Positions 1-9,342 of a stretch of 64,000 bases of DNA are shown here, in pieces; position 1 is the stretch's first letter; every line of letters starts with the position of its first letter. The DNA lies in assembly GCA_963555825.3 (NCBI GenBank), contig CAUVXB020000001.1, positions 1,088,001-1,152,000 on the forward strand. The letters are read 5' to 3'. Under the pieces are notes generated by a model, which was not told the origin of the DNA, ran no database searches, and saw only the letters and a list, made by a program, of their open reading frames with translations. The position numbers and the translations under genes are program-made. This stretch comes from Alphaproteobacteria bacterium (lineage in GTDB: Bacteria > Pseudomonadota > Alphaproteobacteria > JAAXGF01).

Positions 1-808
1 GGGCAATGCTTTCCTGAAGAATTTGGTTCTTCGGCAACCGGATCGCGTAGAGAAAACCCTCACTTTCCAGGAACTCGTAGATGTCCGGTGCGGCAAAGGC
101 GGCGTCCCCTCGGAAGTAGCGGCGCAGGTTCCGTTCCCGATAACGCTCAACGACCGGTTCCAGAACCTCACGCCAACCGTCGGCACTGTGGACATTGCCG
201 GGGCGAAGGGAACACCGCTCCAGATCGCCGAACTGGTTGAACAGGAATAGTGGATGGTAGCAGGTGCAGCCGAAGTGACCATTGTACGCCGCTCCCTCTT
301 GTTCGCCATGGGTCGGGCTGACGCTTGAGTCCATGTCGAGGATGATCATCTTCGGTGGGCGGCGGTCATGAACCTTGTCGATCCACGCCCCGTTCATCCC
401 AGCCAGGACTTCGATGTTCGCATCGGTCGCCAGAAGCTCCGTCTCGAACCGCCCCATCTGGCTGGTGGACGCGGCCTGTCTGTCCACGGCCTTGCCACCA
501 ACAATCCACCGCATGGCGGGATCACGTCCGAGACGGTCGGCGTCGTTTACGTCCTCATAACCACCAAGGCGACCAAACACCGACTGACGGAACTGCCCCG
601 TCATGCCGTGCCATCCGTTCTTGCCGGTACGGCTGTCCTGAAAAATATCCCCGGCAACCTCGGTCAGGCCAAGGGCATCATCAAGCTCCCGATAGACCAG
701 CAACCCGCCGTCGGAAGTGATCTGGGAGCCGTGAAATTCGAGCTTCAGGCGGCGGTCGAAATCGACCCGAAGGCCGTCCCGTTTCGATTCACCCATCGGG
801 TGTGCCAT
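1..808 (-). CDS. IS1380-family DDE transposase, 5' part
   Basis: Minus frame from ATG at 808 (MAHPMGES...); includes IILDMDSSVSPTHGEQEGAAYNGHFGCTCYHPLFLFNQFGDLERC; truncated by window edge. Confidence 0.85.
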   Translation of the reverse strand, partial: MAHPMGESKRDGLRVDFDRRLKLEFHGSQITSDGGLLVYRELDDALGLTEVAGDIFQDSRTGKNGWHGMTGQFRQSVFGRLGGYEDVNDADRLGRDPAMRWIVGGKAVDRQAASTSQMGRFETELLATDANIEVLAGMNGAWIDKVHDRRPPKMIILDMDSSVSPTHGEQEGAAYNGHFGCTCYHPLFLFNQFGDLERCSLRPGNVHSADGWREVLEPVVERYRERNLRRYFRGDAAFAAPDIYEFLESEGFLYAIRLPKNQILQESIA

Positions 809-902
809 GCAAACCACTCCATCAACGCCTCAACATATTGATTCTTATAGCAGAATCTCCATCTCAGGGCATCGAATATCGAGTTCACTTGGGAAATGGG
901 GG
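1..902 (-). mobile_element. IS1380-family insertion sequence, partial (runs off window start)
   Basis: Clearly homologous to 53026-54668. Terminal sequence ...CTTGGGAAATGGGGG ends at about 902, matching ...CTTGGGAAATGCGGG at 54668. Confidence 0.85.
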
Positions 903-1078
903 ATAAAGGGCGTTGATGGATGTCGGCGGTACCTAGCCATTCGTCGAAGGAGTCTTCGGTAATTACATTTGGTTTGATTTTCTTTTTATCTGCCAAGCGT
1001 TGCTGAGCGCTTTGGAATGCTTTATATGGCGCGTCTCCAGCCAAGAGTTGGAGCTCAACAGGCTCCCTGTCGAAGTAA
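903..1078 (-). pseudogene. Internal fragment of the STAND/NLR ATPase gene (continuation of 3594-4171)
   Basis: Removing IS630 plus one target copy gives an open frame ...ADGAITY-FDREPVELQLLAGDAPYKAFQSAQQRLADKKKIKPNVITEDSFDEWLGTADIHQRPL up to the IS1380 end. Confidence 0.75.
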
Positions 1079-1363
1079 TACCAGTGAGCCTATGAAATCA
1101 CCTTCATGATCCATGGATAGGCGCAGAGGGTTCGCATACGATCCGGTTCTGCGATGAGGTCGATCCATGCTTGGCAACAGGCGTCGATGATGGCCTCGGT
1201 GTCGTCGAGGACGCGGAGCGATAGGAAGCGTTCGCGTAGGTAGAGCCAAACCCGCTCGACGGGGTTGAGTTCGGGACTGTAAGGCGGCAACAGCGCCAAG
1301 GTGAGGTGGTCCCACTTTGTTGGACAGTTTGGCAGCGCGGTTAAGGTGTATTCCGTTGTTTGA

Positions 1364-2293
1364 TCATGCTGCCAAAATCCTTTTTATCACATCCTGTTGC
1401 TGTTGTTGAGCCTGTGGGGATGTGGGCAAGGCGCGAGCCTTGTCCATCATATCCACAGGTTGACCGGCCCCGTAGGCCTCGGCCGGCGTTTGACCGTCGA
1501 GGGACGAATGGGGCCGCTCGGTGTTGTAGAAGCCGATCCACTCGCCGATGACCCGTTCGGCGTGGAAGCCGTCGGTGAGCTCGTGTAGGTAGACCGCCTC
1601 ATACTTGAGAGACCGCCACAGGCGCTCGATGAAGATGTTGTCCATGCAGCGGCCCCGACCGTCCATGGAGATGCGGATGCTCGCGTTCTTGAGCACGCCG
1701 GTGAAGTCGAGGCTGGTGAACTGGCTGCCCTGATCCGTATTGAATATCTCCGGCTGGCCGTAGCGGGCCAGCGCGTCGCCCAAGGCCTCGGCGCAGAATC
1801 CAGCGTCCATGGTGTTCGACAGCCGCCAGGATAAAACGTGGCGCGTCGCCCAGTCCATGATCGCTACCAGGTACAGAAAGCCACGCTGGACGGGGATATA
1901 GGTGATGTCGGCGCACCAGACCCGATTGGGCTGGTCGATAGCCATCCCTTTGAGAAGATAAGGATAAATCCGGTGCATGGGATGCGGCACGCTGGTTCTC
2001 GGCGCCTGATAGATCGCCTCCAGGCCTATCAATCGCATCAACCTGCGAACCCGGTGACGGCCGACGCAAACGCCGTCCCGCCGCAACTGGCGGACCATCT
2101 GGCGGCTGCCGTAGAACGGGTACTTCATGAACAACTCGTCGATCCGACGCATCAGCGCCAGACTCGAAGGGCTCTCCCCCCTGGGCGCATAATAGAACGA
2201 GGACCGGCCGATCGAAAGCAGGCGGCATTGACGGCTCAAGCTCAGCTCGGGGGCGTCGCGTGTGATCATCGCCTTGCGCTCCCCCCGGCTCAT
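1364..2293 (-). CDS. IS3 transposase OrfB (rve integrase core)
   Basis: WCADITY, FNTDQGSQF, DNIFIERLWRSLKYE motifs. Confidence 0.95.
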   Translation of the reverse strand: MSRGERKAMITRDAPELSLSRQCRLLSIGRSSFYYAPRGESPSSLALMRRIDELFMKYPFYGSRQMVRQLRRDGVCVGRHRVRRLMRLIGLEAIYQAPRTSVPHPMHRIYPYLLKGMAIDQPNRVWCADITYIPVQRGFLYLVAIMDWATRHVLSWRLSNTMDAGFCAEALGDALARYGQPEIFNTDQGSQFTSLDFTGVLKNASIRISMDGRGRCMDNIFIERLWRSLKYEAVYLHELTDGFHAERVIGEWIGFYNTERPHSSLDGQTPAEAYGAGQPVDMMDKARALPTSPQAQQQQQDVIKRILAA

Positions 2294-2571
2294 CGCTTGA
2301 GCCCTCTGGCTAAAAAATCCCGTTCCACCGTCAGCTCGCCGATCTTGGCGTGAAGGTCGCGGACCTCGGATTCATGATCCCGGCAAGCGCGGTTGGCGCC
2401 GTTCGAAAACACTTCGCCCAGACCGTCCACCGCCTGGCGCTTCCAGGCGCTCACCTGGTTCGGATGCACCTTGTGCTTGGCCGCGATCTGCTGGATCGTC
2501 TTGTCGCCCCGCAGCGCTTCCAGCGCCACCCGGGCCTTGAATTCCGCCGTAAACCGGCGTCGATTCGTCAT
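2290..2571 (-). CDS. IS3 transposase OrfA (HTH)
   Basis: RRFTAEFKARVALEAL...HPNQVSAWK; slippery heptamer T TTT TTA at 2311-2317 in phase for a -1 shift into OrfB; ATGA overlap. Confidence 0.95.
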   Translation of the reverse strand: MTNRRRFTAEFKARVALEALRGDKTIQQIAAKHKVHPNQVSAWKRQAVDGLGEVFSNGANRACRDHESEVRDLHAKIGELTVERDFLARGLKR

Positions 2572-3593
2572 CTCGTATTCCTCCGTTATCCGGTGGAATA
2601 CACCTTAGCTCCCTGTCCGATTTTCTGGGACCACCTCAAGGTGACGTTGTCGGGGACGGTGAGGGCGCGCTCGTCGTGCCAACCGGCGCCGTCGCACATC
2701 ATGACGGCGTGCGCATCCTGGTCCAGGGTATCGGCGAAGTGTGCGAGAAACAGGTCCATGACCTTGGCGTTGACGCTCGGCATCACCAGGGTGACGTCGT
2801 CGCCGGTGTCCGGGCGCACGGCGGAGAAGATGTAGGCCCACTGGTAGCCGATTTGACGCGTCCCGGGGGCACGCTCGCCCCTGCGCCACCACCGGTGACA
2901 CACCCGGCCCTTGTTGCCGACGCGCGCTTCATCCTGAAACCACAGCTGTAGGCGCTTGTCGGGATGCGCCGCGGCGGTCGCCTTCAGGATGTCGCGAAGC
3001 CCCCTTTTTTGAAGCGCTCCTGCGCTTCGGCGTCCCTTCGCGGGTGGCTCGGGCGCGCCTTCTGGCGGGAAAATCCCATCCGCCGTAGAACCCGGGTCAT
3101 GCTCGAGGGGTGGTAGGTCTTGGCGAAGCGCTCCTCCAGCCAGCGGCACAGATCGGCCCGGGTCCAGGCGCAAACCCCGTCGCGCTCAGGCTCCGGCCCG
3201 GCGATGATGACCGCCGCCAGCGCCGCTTCCTCGTCTGCCGTCAGCCGCCGCGGCGAGTAGCCCTTTGGACGGTCGTGAAGCCCCTCCAATCCCTTTGCAT
3301 TGTAACGAACAACCGCGTCGCGAAGCGTTTGGCGATCCATCCCCGCAAGCCGCGCGGCATCAGCCCGGGGCATCTCCTCCAAAGCATTCGCGATCCCATA
3401 GGCCCGCGCCGCCGCTCGACCGTACGATTCCACGCGAGCCCAGCGCCGAAGCTCCAAAGGCGTCAAATCATCCCGTATCTTGAGTGCTGATCCCATGACA
3501 TCCCCCACATCTGGTGGGAGACCATAGAATCACAATCCGCCATCATCCGCCATCAATGAATATCCCGAGAGTCAATTCAGGCGCTCACTGGTA

Positions 3594-4171
3594 TAAGTTA
3601 TGGCCCCGTCGGCACGGGCGATTTCCTGTTCCCAAATATCCCAGCCCCGGCGACTTAGAAAAAGCAGCCGGATGCGATGTTTGGTCTCGACACGGCTGAG
3701 ATTCTCCAGAAGCGCTCGCACGCCTTCGCGCAGTTCCTCGGGGTAATCGATGAGAATGAGGGTTCCGGACTTATTCGCGAAATAGGCGCCGGGAGATCGT
3801 AGATTGACGAATCCGGCGGCCCACCCTTCCTTGCGAAGTTCATCGGCGATTTCGGCAGCCAGACGTGTCTTACCCACGCCGCCCTCGCCGGTGACAAATC
3901 GGGCGAGGACACCCGCTCCTTCTTGCTTCGCCCAGTCGATGACTTCCGTCTTGACGTCGTTGCGGCCTACAAAGTCGGAGAGTCGGGTCCGCCAGTTGAG
4001 CCATGCCAATTCGTGCTGGCTAGTGCGGACGGTGTCCCACCTCAGCGTAAGAGATTCCACAGTCTCCTGAGTGATATTGCCGTGCACATCTCCAAACACG
4101 ACCACACCGGAGATGTCGCGCGCTTTGAGTTTCTTCAGCCACTCAAGTTTGTCGGGCGAGAGGAACCGCAT
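3594..4171 (-). pseudogene. STAND/NLR-like P-loop NTPase, N-terminal part, with putative amyloid signalling motif; disrupted by IS630 and IS1380
   Basis: FVGR, Walker A GEGGVGKT, Walker B LILIDYPE, RLLFLSR; ATG at 4171, 4 nt after upstream stop; motif KARDISGVVVFGDVHGNITQ at 4067-4126. Confidence 0.8.
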
Positions 4172-4175
4172 CAGG

Positions 4176-4439
4176 TCATGCGAATAGTATGCTTGCAATC
4201 ACCATTACCGAGCCGGTGATCCCCAGCAGCACATTGATCAATGTCAGGATTTCCTTCCAGAGTGAGGGCTTTGGCGGAGGTTCGGGCTTTGGTTCCCGAT
4301 GCTGGGTCACGTCGCCGTGGACGTCGCCCATGACGACGACGCCCGAGATATCCCGCGCCTTGACCTTTCGGCCGACGTTGATCGCGAGAACGACGAGCAC
4401 GATCAGCCCGGCCCACAACAGGAGATTATTCTCCAGCAT
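4176..4439 (-). CDS. 87-aa two-TM membrane protein carrying the same motif as the NLR N-terminus (putative effector)
   Basis: Hydrophobic LLLWAGLIVLVVLAINV and ILTLINVLLGITGSVMVIASILFA flank KARDISGVVVMGDVHGDVTQ (4302-4361) and a Pro-rich linker; purine-rich AGGGGGGA upstream. Confidence 0.8.
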   Translation of the reverse strand: MLENNLLLWAGLIVLVVLAINVGRKVKARDISGVVVMGDVHGDVTQHREPKPEPPPKPSLWKEILTLINVLLGITGSVMVIASILFA

Positions 4440-4490
4440 GTTGGGATTCCCCCCTACGATTGCGCGGCAAAGTTTAGCAGGGAATGGGGT

Positions 4491-4535
4491 GCGGGGCGAA
4501 GCCCCGCGAAATTGGAGCGCGAGGCGAAGCCTCGC
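4491..4535. repeat. Two related perfect hairpins GCGGGGC-GAA-GCCCCGC and GCGAGGC-GAA-GCCTCGC
   Basis: Read directly at 4491-4507 and 4519-4535, between the era stop and the 87-aa ORF. Confidence 0.6.
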
Positions 4536-4550
4536 TTGGCTTCGGTCGCC

Positions 4551-5459
4551 CTACCTCGGAAACTCCAGCCCCAGGTCGCGGTAGCGGGCCGGGTCGTCGG
4601 CCCATTTGGGGGCGACCTTGACGTGGAGGAAGAGGTGGACGCGGCGCTCCAGCGAGGCCTCGAGGTCTTCGCGCGCGGCTGAGCCGACCGCCTTGATCAG
4701 GCGGCCGCCCTTGCCGAGCACCATCGGCTTGTGGTTTTCGCGAGCGATGTAGATGATCTGGTCGATGCGCACCGAGCCGTCCTTGCGCTCGTCCCAGTTC
4801 TCGGTCTCGACGGTGAGCCCATAGGGCAGTTCCTGGTGCAGGCGCAGGAACAGCTTCTCGCGGGTCGTTTCGGCGGCCAGCAGGCGCAGCGGCATGTCGG
4901 AGATCTGGTCTTCGGGATAGTGCCAGGGGCCGGCCGGCACCCGCGCGGCGAAGAAGTCGCGCAGGTCGTCGATGCCGTCGCCGTCGAGCGCCGAGATCAT
5001 GAAGGTGTCGGTGAAGACGCCGGTCGCGTCGAGCTCGGCCGTCAGCGGCAGCAGGGCGGCGCGCTTGACCAGGTCGATCTTGTTGAGCGCCGCGATCGCC
5101 CGACGCCCGCGCCGCTTCAGGCCGTCGATGATGCGCTGGGCGTCGGAGTCGATGCCGCGTTTGGCGTCGATCAGCACGACGACGATGTCGGCGTCGCGCG
5201 CGCCGCCCCAGGCGGCGTCGACCATGGCCCGGTCGAGGCGGCGGACGGGCTGAAAGATGCCCGGCGTGTCGATGAAGACGAGCTGGGCGTCGCCCGCCAT
5301 GGCAATCCCTGTTACCCGGGTCCGCGTGGTCTGCACCTTAGGTGTGACGATCGAGACCTTGCCGCCGACCAGCGCGTTCAAGAGCGTCGACTTGCCGGCG
5401 TTTGGCGCGCCGACCAGCGCGATGAAGCCGCAGCGCGTATTCGTTGCTTCGGTGTTCAT
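4551..5459 (-). CDS. era: GTPase Era
   Basis: GAPNAGKSTL, DTPG, NKID, KH domain; ATG overlaps the rnc stop. Confidence 0.97.
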   Translation of the reverse strand: MNTEATNTRCGFIALVGAPNAGKSTLLNALVGGKVSIVTPKVQTTRTRVTGIAMAGDAQLVFIDTPGIFQPVRRLDRAMVDAAWGGARDADIVVVLIDAKRGIDSDAQRIIDGLKRRGRRAIAALNKIDLVKRAALLPLTAELDATGVFTDTFMISALDGDGIDDLRDFFAARVPAGPWHYPEDQISDMPLRLLAAETTREKLFLRLHQELPYGLTVETENWDERKDGSVRIDQIIYIARENHKPMVLGKGGRLIKAVGSAAREDLEASLERRVHLFLHVKVAPKWADDPARYRDLGLEFPR

Positions 5460-6145
5460 TCCTCGCCCCTGACGCGCGCCATCAGCACGGCCGCGGCGGC
5501 CTGCTCGGCGCTGCGTTTCGAGGCGCCGGAGGCGCTCGCCGGCGCATGCCCCTCGACGCGCACCTCGATCTCGAATGTCGGACTGTGCGCCGGCCCCTCG
5601 GTGCTCACCGTGGCGTAGCGCGGCAGGGCGAGGCCGTTCGCCTGGGCCCATTCCTGCAGCGCGGTCTTGGCGTCCTTTGGCGGTCCCTCGGCGGCGCGCA
5701 TGGCGGGCGCCAAATGGCGCCGGACGAAGCGCTCGGCGATGGCCAGGCCGCCGTCGAGGTAGAGCGCGCCGATCACCGCCTCGAGGGCGTCGGCGAGGGT
5801 CGCCGGGTTCTCGCGCCCGCCGGTCTCGGCCTCGCCCCGGGTCATCTCGATGACCGCCGCGAGGCCGATGCCGTCGGCGATCGCGGCCAGCGATTCGCGC
5901 CGCACCAGGCTGGTGAAGCGGAGCGCCAGCGCGCCCTCGTCCTCGTCGGGGAACGCCGCCAAAAGCATGTCGGCGACGACCAGGCCGAGCACCCGGTCGC
6001 CGAGGAATTCGAGGCGCTCGTAACCGTGACCGCGGCCACTCGCGCTCGGGTGCGTCAGCGCCTCGGCCAGCAGGGCTGGGCGCGCGAAGTCATGCTCGAC
6101 GATGGCGGCGGCGGCGGCCATGCGGTCGGCGTCGTCCGAGTTCAA
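5456..6145 (-). CDS. rnc: Ribonuclease III
   Basis: ERLEFLGD signature and C-terminal dsRBD; start TTG 6145 or ATG 6121 uncertain. Confidence 0.97.
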   Translation of the reverse strand: MNSDDADRMAAAAAIVEHDFARPALLAEALTHPSASGRGHGYERLEFLGDRVLGLVVADMLLAAFPDEDEGALALRFTSLVRRESLAAIADGIGLAAVIEMTRGEAETGGRENPATLADALEAVIGALYLDGGLAIAERFVRRHLAPAMRAAEGPPKDAKTALQEWAQANGLALPRYATVSTEGPAHSPTFEIEVRVEGHAPASASGASKRSAEQAAAAVLMARVRGEE

Positions 6146-6864
6146 TCGATGCCCCGGAAGAAGCGGCCGAAGCGCCAGTCCCACGCCTCCCATATATTCG
6201 TCTCTTTCCCGATCGAGAAGAACGTCACCTCGGCGCGGCCGATCAGGTTCTCGGCGGGCACGAAACCGACCGAGGCGCGGCTGTCGGACGAGTTGTCGCG
6301 GTTATCGCCCATGGCGAAGTAATGGCCCTCGGGCACGACATACTCAATGGTGTTGTCGAGCGAGCCGGTCGGCCGCTCGTCGAGCACGCGGTAGCTGACG
6401 CCGTTGGGCAGGGTCTCGACATATTGGGTAATCTGACGGCTATTGCCGGCATAGCCCGGCTCGACGAAATCCTCGATTTGTTCGCGGGGCACCGGCTCGC
6501 CGTTGATGTGCAACACGCCGCCGATGACCTGAATACGGTCGCCGGGCAGACCGACGAGGCGCTTGATGTAATCGATCGAGGTGTCGCGCGGCAGCCGGAA
6601 GACGACGACGTCGCCGCGTTCCGGCTCGGAGAACCAGAAGCGGTCCGACAGGGGGATGACACCCCAGGGGAAGGAGAAGCGGCTGTAGCCGTATGAGAAT
6701 TTGGCGACGAACAGATAGTCGCCGACCAGCAGCGTCGGGATCATCGAACCCGAAGGAATGTTGAACGGCTCGTAGCCGAAGGCGCGCACGACGAGAGCGA
6801 TCAAGACAGCGAAAACCACCGTCTTTATCGTCTCCATCCAGCCCGCCAATCTTTTTGAAATCAT
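6142..6864 (-). CDS. lepB: Signal peptidase I
   Basis: IPSGSMIPTL, YIKRLVGLPGD, GDNRDNSSDSR. Confidence 0.97.
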   Translation of the reverse strand: MISKRLAGWMETIKTVVFAVLIALVVRAFGYEPFNIPSGSMIPTLLVGDYLFVAKFSYGYSRFSFPWGVIPLSDRFWFSEPERGDVVVFRLPRDTSIDYIKRLVGLPGDRIQVIGGVLHINGEPVPREQIEDFVEPGYAGNSRQITQYVETLPNGVSYRVLDERPTGSLDNTIEYVVPEGHYFAMGDNRDNSSDSRASVGFVPAENLIGRAEVTFFSIGKETNIWEAWDWRFGRFFRGID

Positions 6865-6922
6865 TGTAATTTCTATCCTGTAGGGTCGCGTCGGCTCGAA
6901 CACGAAACGGCGAGACACGCGG

Positions 6923-7330
6923 TCATTCGGATGGCGTCGGTTCGGCGGAAATTAGCACGATAGCCTGCGCAATCGGGTGGTCGTCGGTGATCGTGAGGTC
7001 GATCTGGGCGGTCATGCCGGGCGGCGTAATCTCGGCCAGACGCGCCGCCGCGCCACCGGTCAACGCCATGGTCGGCTTGCCCGACGGCAGGTTGACGACG
7101 CCGAGGTCGCGCCAGAAGACGCCGCGCCGAAAGCCCGTGCCGAGCGCCTTGGAACAGGCTTCCTTGGCGGCGAAACGTTTGGCGTAGCTCGCCGCGCGTT
7201 GCGCGCGCCGGTCGCTCATTTGCTTCTCGACCTCGGTGAAGATGCGGTCGATGAAGCGCTCGCCGAAACGCTCCAACGTGCCCTCGATCCGACGGATATC
7301 GATGATGTCGTTGCCGATCCCGAGGATCAT
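6923..7330 (-). CDS. acpS: Holo-ACP synthase
   Basis: [16 protein letters not shown]. Confidence 0.96.
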   Translation of the reverse strand: MILGIGNDIIDIRRIEGTLERFGERFIDRIFTEVEKQMSDRRAQRAASYAKRFAAKEACSKALGTGFRRGVFWRDLGVVNLPSGKPTMALTGGAAARLAEITPPGMTAQIDLTITDDHPIAQAIVLISAEPTPSE

Positions 7331-7354
7331 CGCGAGCCGAACCGCGCCGCCGAC

Positions 7355-8113
7355 TCAGGCACTGCGCGCGCCATGGGCGTCGGCGCGCGCTTTGTCCATG
7401 ATCGCGCGCATGCGCTTGATCGCGCTGTCGAGGCCCGAAAAGATCGCCTCGCCGACCAGATAATGGCCGATATTGAGCTCGACGATCGAGGTGATCGCGG
7501 CGACCGGCCCGACGGAGTCATAGGTCAGACCGTGACCGGCATGACATTCGAGCCCGAGTCGTTCGGCCTCGGCCGCGGCGGTGACGACGCGCTCGAACTC
7601 GGCGCCGCGATCGGCGCCGTCGGGCGCGTCGCAATAGGCGCCGGTGTGCAGCTCGACGACCGGTGCGCCGAGCGCCTTGGCGGCGTGGAGCTGCGCGGGA
7701 TCGGGATCGATGAACAGCGAGACACGGCTGCCCGCGGTACTGAGGCGATCGACATAAGGCGCCAGATAGTCATAGCCTCCGACCACGTCAAGGCCACCTT
7801 CGGTCGTCACCTCGGCGCGTTTTTCGGGAACCAGGCAGGCCGCGTGGGGGCCGTGGCGCAAAGCGATATCTAGCATTTCGTCGGTCGCCGCCATTTCGAA
7901 GTTGAGCGGCAGGTCGATCTCGCGGATCAAGCGCTCGATGTCGTCGTCCGAGATGTGGCGACGGTCCTCGCGCAGATGCGCGGTAATGCCGTCGGCCCCG
8001 GCGGCGGCGGCGACGCGCGCGGCACGCACCGGATCGGGGTGGCCACCGCCGCGGGCATTGCGAATGGTTGCGACATGATCGATGTTGACGCCGAGACGGA
8101 GCTTTTCGCTCAT
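7355..8113 (-). CDS. pdxJ: Pyridoxine 5'-phosphate synthase
   Basis: [30 protein letters not shown]. Confidence 0.97.
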   Translation of the reverse strand: MSEKLRLGVNIDHVATIRNARGGGHPDPVRAARVAAAAGADGITAHLREDRRHISDDDIERLIREIDLPLNFEMAATDEMLDIALRHGPHAACLVPEKRAEVTTEGGLDVVGGYDYLAPYVDRLSTAGSRVSLFIDPDPAQLHAAKALGAPVVELHTGAYCDAPDGADRGAEFERVVTAAAEAERLGLECHAGHGLTYDSVGPVAAITSIVELNIGHYLVGEAIFSGLDSAIKRMRAIMDKARADAHGARSA

Positions 8114-8706
8114 GTCTTTCCTGCCCTTCTCGCAGCGGGCCGCGCGTCCCGCCGCCGGCCCCGTACGTCCTTGCCCTGCGCCAGACGCTTGGCCATGCGG
8201 CGGCTGCGCAATTCATGATACTTGGTGACGATACTCAGCACCGGCCAATATGTCACCGTCCAGGCGACCAGGGCGGCCGGCACCGCGCCAACGGCCATGG
8301 GCAAAAGCACCGCGGTCGGGTTGTCGACGATATACGTCAACGTGAGCCCGTCGGGAAGGGTCGCCGAAACGTCCCAGCCGAGAATCAACGTGCCCAACCG
8401 GTAGATGCCGATCCAGATAAACGGAAACGTCCACGGGTTCCCCGCCGCCGTGCCGATCGCCGAGGCGATGATGCTGCCACCGATCAACCAAGCCACCAGC
8501 GCCGCCAGTATGAAATGCAAACCGATCAACGGTGTGAATGACGCGGCCACGCCGCAGGCGACACCGGCGGCGATGCTCTGTGGTGTCCCCGGCAGACGGT
8601 TGATGCGGTGGCTCATGTAGGCGAACGCGCGCCGCCATCCCGATCGCGGCCAGACGAAGCCGCGCGCACGGTCCCAGTAGGTGCGCTGCGCCCGGCGCTT
8701 GAACAT
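8110..8706 (-). CDS. DUF2062-type membrane protein
   Basis: [28 protein letters not shown]; usual position between pyrE and pdxJ. Confidence 0.8.
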   Translation of the reverse strand: MFKRRAQRTYWDRARGFVWPRSGWRRAFAYMSHRINRLPGTPQSIAAGVACGVAASFTPLIGLHFILAALVAWLIGGSIIASAIGTAAGNPWTFPFIWIGIYRLGTLILGWDVSATLPDGLTLTYIVDNPTAVLLPMAVGAVPAALVAWTVTYWPVLSIVTKYHELRSRRMAKRLAQGKDVRGRRRDARPAARRAGKT

Positions 8707-8716
8707 CGTCGATCGC

Positions 8717-9331
8717 CTAGACTGCCTGGCGGCTGCCGGGCTTGACGGCCGGCAGCGCGGCGAGTTCCGGTGGCAACGCGTCGGCCTGGTATACCGGAAC
8801 CTTGAGGCCCGCCAGCGCGATCAGCGGTACGCCCAGATCGACGTCGCCGTCGCTGCGGTCGATCAGGCAGCTCGCCGCGACCACCCGAGCGCCATACGCC
8901 TCGATGCAGTCGATGCACTCGCGCGACGACTTTCCCGTGGTGACGACGTCTTCGGCCATCAGCACGCGCGCGCCGGCCATTAATTCGAAGCCGCGCCGCA
9001 GCGCATGCACGCCATCGACACGTTCCGAGAAGACCGCCGGCAGGCCCAACTGGCGCCCGACTTCGTAACCGACGATGACGCCGCCCATGGCCGGTGAAAC
9101 CACGATGTCGAGCGCGTCCTCACCGAGCCGGGCGGTAATCGCCACGGCAAGCGTATGGCATAGGCGCGCGCCACGGTCGGCATCCATCATGACTCGGGCG
9201 CATTGCAGGTAGGTCGGACTGCGCAGTCCCGAGGACAGGATGAAATGACCTTCGAGCAGGGCGCCCGCCGCGCGAAATTCAGCCAGCACCGCCTCGCGCG
9301 TCATCGTCGTCCCGGTGTTCATCTGCGTCAT
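8717..9331 (-). CDS. pyrE: Orotate phosphoribosyltransferase
   Basis: [12 protein letters not shown] motif [11 protein letters not shown]. Confidence 0.95.
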   Translation of the reverse strand: MTQMNTGTTMTREAVLAEFRAAGALLEGHFILSSGLRSPTYLQCARVMMDADRGARLCHTLAVAITARLGEDALDIVVSPAMGGVIVGYEVGRQLGLPAVFSERVDGVHALRRGFELMAGARVLMAEDVVTTGKSSRECIDCIEAYGARVVAASCLIDRSDGDVDLGVPLIALAGLKVPVYQADALPPELAALPAVKPGSRQAV

Positions 9332-9342
9332 GATCCTTGGTA

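Larger units (their letters stand above)
1302..2638 (-). mobile_element. IS3-family element nested in IS630
   Basis: TIRs TGAGGTGGTCCCA / TGGGACCACCTCA; 3-bp TSD AGG (1299-1301, 2639-2641). Confidence 0.95.
1090..3508 (-). pseudogene. IS630 transposase (HTH ORF 2984-3508, A6G4 frameshift site at 3001-3010, DDE region split by IS3)
   Basis: Motifs WFQDEAR, CDGAGWH, and after rejoining VPDNVTL|ALLPPYSPELNPVERVW, typical of IS630. Confidence 0.9.
1079..3593 (-). mobile_element. IS630-family element interrupted by an IS3 element
   Basis: TIRs TACCAGTGAGC at 1079 and GCTCACTGGTA ending 3593; flanked by TAA at 1076-1078 and 3594-3596. Confidence 0.9.

Noticed and set aside
4067-4361. Shared motif as a trivial recent DNA duplication
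   Set aside because: Synonymous positions are heavily diverged while amino acids are retained, and similarity is confined to the motif.
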